NCBI GenBank assembly: GCA_938091905.1
Contig: CALKOM010000124.1
Location: forward strand, 15,637-79,636
From: an uncultured Verrucomicrobiales bacterium
Lineage (GTDB): Bacteria; Verrucomicrobiota; Verrucomicrobiia; Verrucomicrobiales; DEV007
DNA: 64,000 nucleotides
Reading direction: 5' to 3'
The notes beneath the pieces were generated by a model, which saw only the letters and a list, made by a program, of their open reading frames with translations, had not been told where the DNA came from and ran no database searches. Shown one piece after another: positions 58,206 through 64,000 of this stretch. Position numbers and translations under genes: made by a program. The number at the start of each line of letters is the position of its first letter. The first letter of the stretch is position 1.

Positions 58206-60131
58206 TTAGAAGGATTGGTTCAAGAGAATCAGAGACTCGATGTCGCCATACTTCACCACTCCAGGTACGAACCAGGGATCATCAAGCCTGGTCACATTTG
58301 CAAAGCGCATTCCGCCCAGACTGACGTTTGATTCTCCGATGAACGGTTGTGCTCTGAGGAGAAACCGCGTTGCTAGGGCGATCGCGGCACCACCTTCGTT
58401 TCCTTGCAGATGCACCTTGCTCACTTCCCAATCATCTGACATTTCACGCATGCCCTTCACCACGGTGAGCATATCGTGTACTCTCCTAGCAAAGGTGGTT
58501 GCATTGTAGCCAAACGTGTAACCCGACGCCTCTGGTTGATTCATGGCGGCTTTGGATACGTCATCCGTGATCGTTACGAGTGCGAATCCGTCTTGAATGA
58601 GCGTGGCACTGTTAGGGAACGTCTCGACCTCGTCTGCGGAAGCCCAGCGCAAGATCACTTCTCCATTCCAACCTTCCGAATAGATGTAACGTACCAGAAC
58701 GGACTCGTTGTGAGCCTTCGACTCCATAGTGCCTTCCATGAGTAGATAGTCTGTCACCTCCTCCTTCAAGGTGAGTTCGTGGCTTACCGGTCCTACCTCA
58801 TCCCACGAGCGCCCTATCATTGTTTCCCAGGCGCCGCCGACTAGATTGACGTAGTCTGCAGCAGCTTGAGCATTGTCTCCCATGCGTGAGCGTAGGGTTG
58901 CGAGTTGGAGGTCGCTGTCTGTTGCCCACCATTTGAGAAGGGCTTCTTCGTGGGAAGCTCCGCGCTCGGATGGAGCGGGATGCGCCGTTGTCCACACACC
59001 CATTTCTCTTTTGGAGAGCGGTGTGAACGGCTGCTCTCTGATTGGCAATTCATGGCCGAGTTTGAAGTGAGTATTGACAAAGCCGTACATCGCTTGCCGT
59101 GAGACGGCGTTGAAGTTGTGTTTAAATCTCAGAAATGGAAAGACGTCGAAATGGCTGCGTTTGCCGAGCATCGAGTACAGTTGCTCTAGTTCAGGTTTGC
59201 CCTTGGTTTCGATCTCTATCGTCCAGTCATCGGCACCCGTGATGCCGAGGGGTCTTGGTGCTGTGAGAGCTGCGAGATCGATATTTCCGGCTCCCACTCG
59301 GAGGTAGTTGGCATTCTCACAGACACACCCGCCTTGCATCGCCGTCGACACCATCACTGCTGGGAAAAGCAGGTCCGGGCGGTCGTCTACGGCTCCTAAG
59401 ATAAACGTTTGCGTGCCACCACCGCTTGCACCCGTGACGCCGATTCGGTCTTGATCAATGCCAGGAAGTCCTTCGAGGAAGTCTAGGGCTCGTATGGAAT
59501 TGAAGGTTTGGATGCCCATGAGGTTCTGCTGGCGCAGCTCCGCAGTGACGCTAAAGAGCCCATTCTCAGTCATGGAACTCTTACGGTGATCTAGTTGAAT
59601 GCTATCGGCATACCCGACCATATCGTAGTGAAATACCACACATCCCATGCGGGCAAGTTGGACACAGCGCGCCTGCAACGGATGGCGGCCCGACGGGAAT
59701 TGTTCACCGCCGGTTTCTAACTCTTTAGCGAACTTGGTTCCGTGATCGTGATAGCGGCCGTTCGTCCAATGGCCATGTGGGCTAAGAATCCCAGGAATCT
59801 TCTGGCCACGTTTGAGGTTCTTGGGGCGGTAGAGACTTCCACTGACGTAATGGCCAGGAAAGGATTCGAAGCTGACTTTCTCGACCGTGTAGTCGTCTCG
59901 GTCAACTAGCCCATGCACCACCGCGTGGAGCGGGTGCCTGGTTGGCATGGGCCAAAGCCCAGTAGCCACGAGAACTTGTCGACGCAACGACGCTGCTCGG
60001 GTTTCCCAAGCCTCTGCCGAATCAACCTGGCGAAATGGGTGATAGCTGTCTTTCGATCTGAGTTCGGAATCTGCGGCGCCGAGCGGGGCGACGTGGAGTG
60101 CAATGGGAATGAGGAGTAACCAGTGTTTCAT
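58206..60131 (-). CDS. Secreted alpha/beta hydrolase (acetylxylan-esterase-like, PVC type)
   Basis: Signal peptide, SPHGHW, YDMVGY, GVTGASGGGTQT nucleophile elbow, MQGGCVCEN, HNFN. Confidence 0.82.
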   Translation of the reverse strand: MKHWLLLIPIALHVAPLGAADSELRSKDSYHPFRQVDSAEAWETRAASLRRQVLVATGLWPMPTRHPLHAVVHGLVDRDDYTVEKVSFESFPGHYVSGSLYRPKNLKRGQKIPGILSPHGHWTNGRYHDHGTKFAKELETGGEQFPSGRHPLQARCVQLARMGCVVFHYDMVGYADSIQLDHRKSSMTENGLFSVTAELRQQNLMGIQTFNSIRALDFLEGLPGIDQDRIGVTGASGGGTQTFILGAVDDRPDLLFPAVMVSTAMQGGCVCENANYLRVGAGNIDLAALTAPRPLGITGADDWTIEIETKGKPELEQLYSMLGKRSHFDVFPFLRFKHNFNAVSRQAMYGFVNTHFKLGHELPIREQPFTPLSKREMGVWTTAHPAPSERGASHEEALLKWWATDSDLQLATLRSRMGDNAQAAADYVNLVGGAWETMIGRSWDEVGPVSHELTLKEEVTDYLLMEGTMESKAHNESVLVRYIYSEGWNGEVILRWASADEVETFPNSATLIQDGFALVTITDDVSKAAMNQPEASGYTFGYNATTFARRVHDMLTVVKGMREMSDDWEVSKVHLQGNEGGAAIALATRFLLRAQPFIGESNVSLGGMRFANVTRLDDPWFVPGVVKYGDIESLILLNQSF

Positions 60132-60162
60132 CCACCCATTTAAAGGAGTTAAAGCGTTTCTG

Positions 60163-62367
60163 TCACTTCAAAGGACGAAGATCGAGGTGTCCTCGTTTCT
60201 TGTTCACCCGGAAGAGTTCCGCCTCGAATTGATCGCCCACGTGGTAGCTCTTTCCCTTCTTCGCGCTCACACAGAGTTGCCTTGCATCATAGCGGTAGTA
60301 GTCCTCGCCAGGGAGATCGGCCATTCGAATGAGCCCACGTGTGGCGAACCCGAGTATTTCGACGAAGAGCCCCATGCGGGAAACTTCCGTGACCACGATG
60401 TCGAATCGAGGAGGCGGAATGTCGCGACTGCGCCGTTCGAAATACTCCATCACCTTGAGCCGCTTTGTGTCCTGCTCGGCTTCTGCCGCTAAGCGCTCTG
60501 TGTTGCTAAGGTGCTCTCCGAGTTCGCCCATTTCCCGGTAGGAGGGGGTAGGCGTCTGGTCTTCTTGGCCTATCAAACGTCTGAGCACGCGATGCACCAC
60601 CAAGTCGGAATAACGTCTGATCGGACTGGTAAAATGCGTGTAATGAACTTTGGCGAGTCCATAGTGCCCTAACGAATCCGCATGATAGGCAGCGCGCTTC
60701 ATGCTCTTGAGTAGGTCAAGCTTCAGAACGTATTCTGCTGGATGCTCACGTATTTCCTTGAGAAGGATCTGGAGGTTGGCGCGGTGCGTCAAGTCCCCAG
60801 CCGGAAAGCCATGTCGGTTGGCTGATTCACGAAATTCTAACAGCTTCTCTGGATCGGGATCTTCGTGTATCCGATAGAGCGATGGCTTGGCTGCTTGCTG
60901 GATCGTTTCAGCCACGGCTTCGTTGGCGGCGAGCATGCATTCCTCGATGAGTTGGTGACTCTTGTCATTCTCCATCACGCGGATCTCGCGAGGTTTGCCT
61001 TTGTCATTAAGGATTACTTTCGTTTCCGGGAAATCGAGGTCCAGGCTGCCCGCAGAGAAGCGTCGCGTTCGAAGCAAGGAAGCCAGGGCCCAAGCGCGTT
61101 GAACACACGCGGTGATCGGATCTGTTGATCCCCGTTCTTGAAGACGATCATAGGCCTCCTCATAAGTCAGGCGCTGTTGGCTGCGGATCACGGCGGGAGT
61201 GAAGCGCGCTGCTTGTCGAGCGCCCTTCGCATCAAAGGTCATGATGGCGCAGAAGGTGAGCCGATCTTCGTCTGGGCGAAGACTGCAGATGCCATTGCTG
61301 AGCGCTTCTGGGAGCATGGGAAGCACCCGGTCTACAAGGTAGACACTGTTGCCGCGTTGTTCAGCTTCCTGATCGAGCTCACTCCCCGGGGTTACGTAGT
61401 GAGACACGTCTGCAATGTGAACAGCAAGCTCCCAGCCGCCGTCTTTGAGTTCTTTGACGGCAATGGCGTCATCGAAGTCTCGAGCATCGAACGGATCGAT
61501 CGTGATGACTTCAGCATCGCGCCAATCCTCGCGTCCTGCCAGGGCGTCTTCCGACAGGTCTCCGTCGATGTTCTCGGCAGCCTGAAGCACCTCTTCGGGA
61601 AACTCCGTGGGTAGACCGTGTTTGTGAATAATTGCGAGCACGTCGACACCTGGTGCATTGTGTTTCCCTAGAACCTTGAGCAACGTTCCCTGAGGGCTCT
61701 GGCCCAGGGATTCCCACGAGTCGATCCTGGCCAGGGCTTTGTGGCCTGAAACGGACTCGTCTACCGCGATGCCGTGGAGATCGATCCGTTTTGGCAGACG
61801 TTCATCATCGGGGGCAAGGGTAGCCCACCCTTCGCCCACGGTCAGGGTGCCCACAAGTTTACGGGCAGAACGTTCTAGGACCTTGATCACGTCGCCTTCT
61901 AGGCGCGGGGGCTCGTCCTGAAATCGCTGGCGCAGTTTCTCCTGCTTGTCCTTAGGAAGGTGCTTCAGCCATGCCGGATCTCTCTCCGAGGCCGAGGGGC
62001 GGCGCAAGCGGACGAGCACCCGATCGCCCTCCAAGGCGGTGCTCTCGTGGCCTTCGGGAATGTTCAGGCGCTTCAAAGTGACCTTTGGGCCTTCGCCAGC
62101 TGATTTGGCGATTACCAGCTCACCGCCTCGGGGCCGTTTCCGAAACGTTCCGACAACTGTCTGAGCGCTGGTTTCTTGGAGGATGTAGCGCCCCTTCTTG
62201 GCTCGCACGATAGCTCCAGACTCCTCCAGCCGCTTCAAACACGCGCGCAGGGCGGGACGATCCCTAGAATCGAGCTCTAGCGCGCGGGAAAGTTCGGACT
62301 TGTTCTGGGGGCGATAGTCGCTCTGGCGCAGGTGTCTGAGCAGTTTCTCCTCGATCAATTCGTTCAT
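60163..62367 (-). CDS. rnr: Ribonuclease R
   Basis: N-terminal HTH, TIDPFDARDFDDAI, VHIADVS, HFTSPIRRYSDLVVHR, C-terminal S1 domain. Confidence 0.95.
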   Translation of the reverse strand: MNELIEEKLLRHLRQSDYRPQNKSELSRALELDSRDRPALRACLKRLEESGAIVRAKKGRYILQETSAQTVVGTFRKRPRGGELVIAKSAGEGPKVTLKRLNIPEGHESTALEGDRVLVRLRRPSASERDPAWLKHLPKDKQEKLRQRFQDEPPRLEGDVIKVLERSARKLVGTLTVGEGWATLAPDDERLPKRIDLHGIAVDESVSGHKALARIDSWESLGQSPQGTLLKVLGKHNAPGVDVLAIIHKHGLPTEFPEEVLQAAENIDGDLSEDALAGREDWRDAEVITIDPFDARDFDDAIAVKELKDGGWELAVHIADVSHYVTPGSELDQEAEQRGNSVYLVDRVLPMLPEALSNGICSLRPDEDRLTFCAIMTFDAKGARQAARFTPAVIRSQQRLTYEEAYDRLQERGSTDPITACVQRAWALASLLRTRRFSAGSLDLDFPETKVILNDKGKPREIRVMENDKSHQLIEECMLAANEAVAETIQQAAKPSLYRIHEDPDPEKLLEFRESANRHGFPAGDLTHRANLQILLKEIREHPAEYVLKLDLLKSMKRAAYHADSLGHYGLAKVHYTHFTSPIRRYSDLVVHRVLRRLIGQEDQTPTPSYREMGELGEHLSNTERLAAEAEQDTKRLKVMEYFERRSRDIPPPRFDIVVTEVSRMGLFVEILGFATRGLIRMADLPGEDYYRYDARQLCVSAKKGKSYHVGDQFEAELFRVNKKRGHLDLRPLK

Positions 62368-62497
62368 TACTTGCTTGTCAAAGGAAGCCTGACGGCTAAG
62401 CATCCGTCCCCGCCCTCAGGATTGAGAGGGACCAACAAATTCACTAGCCTGGCCTTAGGCCCGCATGCTACCCTAGAAGAAACCGTCTACAACACCT

Positions 62498-63073
62498 ATG
62501 AAGATCTCCCTACGCCGCCCGCTTTCCCGCGCGTTCACTCTAATCGAACTCCTCGTCGTGATTTCAATCATCGCCGTCCTCGCCTCCATTTCGGTGCCAG
62601 TGACCAAGAATGTCATGAACCGCGCTCGCTCCGCCACCGTGCAGAATGACTGCATGCAGCTGCAGAATGCGATCAAAGGCTTTTATAACGAATATTATGC
62701 CTATCCTGTGCGTGGAGACAGTGAAGGTCCCTACGAGACGAACAGTGATCTCATGGACGTTTTGATGTCTGCGGACTCTGCTCAAGCGGACGACCTCAAC
62801 CGTCGTAAGATTCCCTTCTGGGAGCCTTCCAAGATGGCGAAGAAAGAGAACCTCCCAGGCTTTCATCCAGACACGGGGCGTCTCAACGATGCTTGGGGCC
62901 AGATGTATGAAGTCTACATGGATGCCGATGATGACTCTTCACTCACCATTCCTTCGATTTATGGCGACAAATTTGGTCGTTCCGGTCGCATCAAGCGTCC
63001 GATCTTCGTCCATAGCTCTGGGCAAGATAAGAAGTTTGATGCCATCAAAGACAACGTGTCTTCCTGGGACTAA
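62498..63073 (+). CDS. Prepilin-type / type II secretion pseudopilin (GspG-like C-terminus)
   Basis: RAFTLIELLVVISIIAVLA, DAWG..Y, SSGQDKKF....DNVSSW. Confidence 0.85.
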   Translation: MKISLRRPLSRAFTLIELLVVISIIAVLASISVPVTKNVMNRARSATVQNDCMQLQNAIKGFYNEYYAYPVRGDSEGPYETNSDLMDVLMSADSAQADDLNRRKIPFWEPSKMAKKENLPGFHPDTGRLNDAWGQMYEVYMDADDDSSLTIPSIYGDKFGRSGRIKRPIFVHSSGQDKKFDAIKDNVSSWD

Positions 63074-63085
63074 CGCCTCGCTTCA

Positions 63086-63156
63086 GCGGGTGTAGTTCAA
63101 TGGTAGAACGCAAGCTTCCCAAGCTTGACACGAGGGTTCGATTCCCTTCACCCGCT
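63086..63156 (+). tRNA. tRNA-Gly (CCC), CCA not encoded
   Basis: GCGGGTG acceptor pairs with CACCCGC, D arm GTTCAATGGTAGAAC, anticodon loop TTCCCAA, T arm GAGGGTTCGATTCCCTT. Confidence 0.96.
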
Positions 63157-63168
63157 CTCTCCAATTTT

Positions 63169-63202
63169 AGCCGCCAGTGACCTCGTGTCCTGGCGGCTTT
63201 TT
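63169..63202 (+). terminator. Intrinsic terminator after tRNA-Gly
   Basis: AGCCGCCAG-loop-CTGGCGGCT followed by TTTT. Confidence 0.8.
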
Positions 63203-63250
63203 ATGTGTGTGGTTAGAGCACCAAAGGTTGACGCTTTTTTTGAAAGTAGT

Positions 63251-63427
63251 TTATGACCCGCCTCGCAGCTTTTGAACGGTGAAGGTGCCAGCGACCACCG
63301 CCACGATAGCAACGGCTACGATGGACCAGCTGAAGTCGTCGAAGGGCCAGTCTTCGTGGCCGGGATGGCCTGGATGGGCAGAAGCGGAGGCGAGGGTGAG
63401 AATGAGAGTGGTAAGGATGTGTTTCAT
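63251..63427 (-). CDS. 58-aa His-rich signal-peptide plus single-TM protein (HupE/UreJ-like N-terminus)
   Basis: Below the ORF-track cutoff. MKHILTTLILTLASASA-HPGHPGHEDWPFDDFSWSIVAVAIVAVVAGTFTVQKLRGGS; starts 12 nt after the ureD stop. Confidence 0.72.
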   Translation of the reverse strand: MKHILTTLILTLASASAHPGHPGHEDWPFDDFSWSIVAVAIVAVVAGTFTVQKLRGGS

Positions 63428-63439
63428 AATAACGGTTAG

Positions 63440-64000
63440 CTAGAGTTTTCGGAAACTGGTGGTTAGTAGAGGCAAGTGTTGTTGGAGGTTCTTGCGGACC
63501 TGATAGGCGACCTTGCGCAGGCTGATGCTAGAGTTGGCGATGATGCGGACGACTCCTAGCTGGTCGGCGACGAGAGAGGTTCCGATCTGGTGGGTGGCTC
63601 GATCGGAGGGGAATTGCGAGAGGAGTTCGATGGCCTTGCCTGCTTGCTGGCCAGCGACCCAAAGGGCGGCGTAGTAGCAGAGATCCCAGCCGGGGACTTG
63701 GAGCGGCCAGATACTATTCTCGGGTTCGAGCACACAGCGTTCCTTTGCTAACAAGTAGCCTGATTGACGGATCTCCAGGCGGGTTTCAAGTCGGCGAAAC
63801 TGATAGCGCTCTCCGTGAGCGACTCGACCGGGGGCGAGGAGGTCGAGGAAGACCGTGCTCGCCGTGGGGGCGAGATGGATCTCGGTGGATTGAATCACGT
63901 CGGAGTCCCGCTGGGGGATGACGATCTCGGGCCAGAAATCTAACCAAGCGTTGTCTTCAATTTCGAACCGCTGGGTGAGGTGGGCCTGGCCAGTGGGCAT
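63440..64000 (-). CDS. ureD: Urease accessory protein UreD (5' part outside the window)
   Basis: Q.F.I...A.L.FWPE..IP, PGRVAHGERYQF, C-terminal RK; typical UreD pattern. Confidence 0.8.
   Translation of the reverse strand: MPTGQAHLTQRFEIEDNAWLDFWPEIVIPQRDSDVIQSTEIHLAPTASTVFLDLLAPGRVAHGERYQFRRLETRLEIRQSGYLLAKERCVLEPENSIWPLQVPGWDLCYYAALWVAGQQAGKAIELLSQFPSDRATHQIGTSLVADQLGVVRIIANSSISLRKVAYQVRKNLQQHLPLLTTSFRKL

Overview
Bacterial chromosomal DNA (mid-50s % GC by eye), almost certainly Verrucomicrobiota because it carries a Verru_Chthon (vccABCD) pilin-like cassette. Most of the window is core or lineage-typical: mtnA, an mtnK-like kinase, adk-like kinase, fmt, cell-wall genes, uvrA, rpsP-khpA, hldD, galE, rpsB-tsf-rplY-pth, pdxA, queF, rnr, tRNA-Gly and the edge of a urease locus (ureD). 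It also has a ~12.6 kb MoxR/DUF58/BatA-VWA/DUF4175-like/DUF4159 cluster whose largest protein has a glutenin-like PGQGQQ repeat. Things the ORF track misses or mis-calls: (1) vccA (>980 codons, minus strand, runs off the left edge, divergent from vccBCD); (2) a near-consensus sigma-54 promoter pointing into an ORF-free, highly structured ~115 nt element right behind uvrA (candidate sRNA); (3) an in-frame CysE-SprT fusion; (4) a homopolymer frameshift hiding a C-terminal '...RRFYRI' domain on a secreted phosphoesterase; (5) three decayed pseudogenes; (6) a 58-aa His-rich membrane peptide next to ureD. I saw no CRISPR array, integrase, transposase or rRNA. All family assignments come from recognising motifs by eye, not from database searches.
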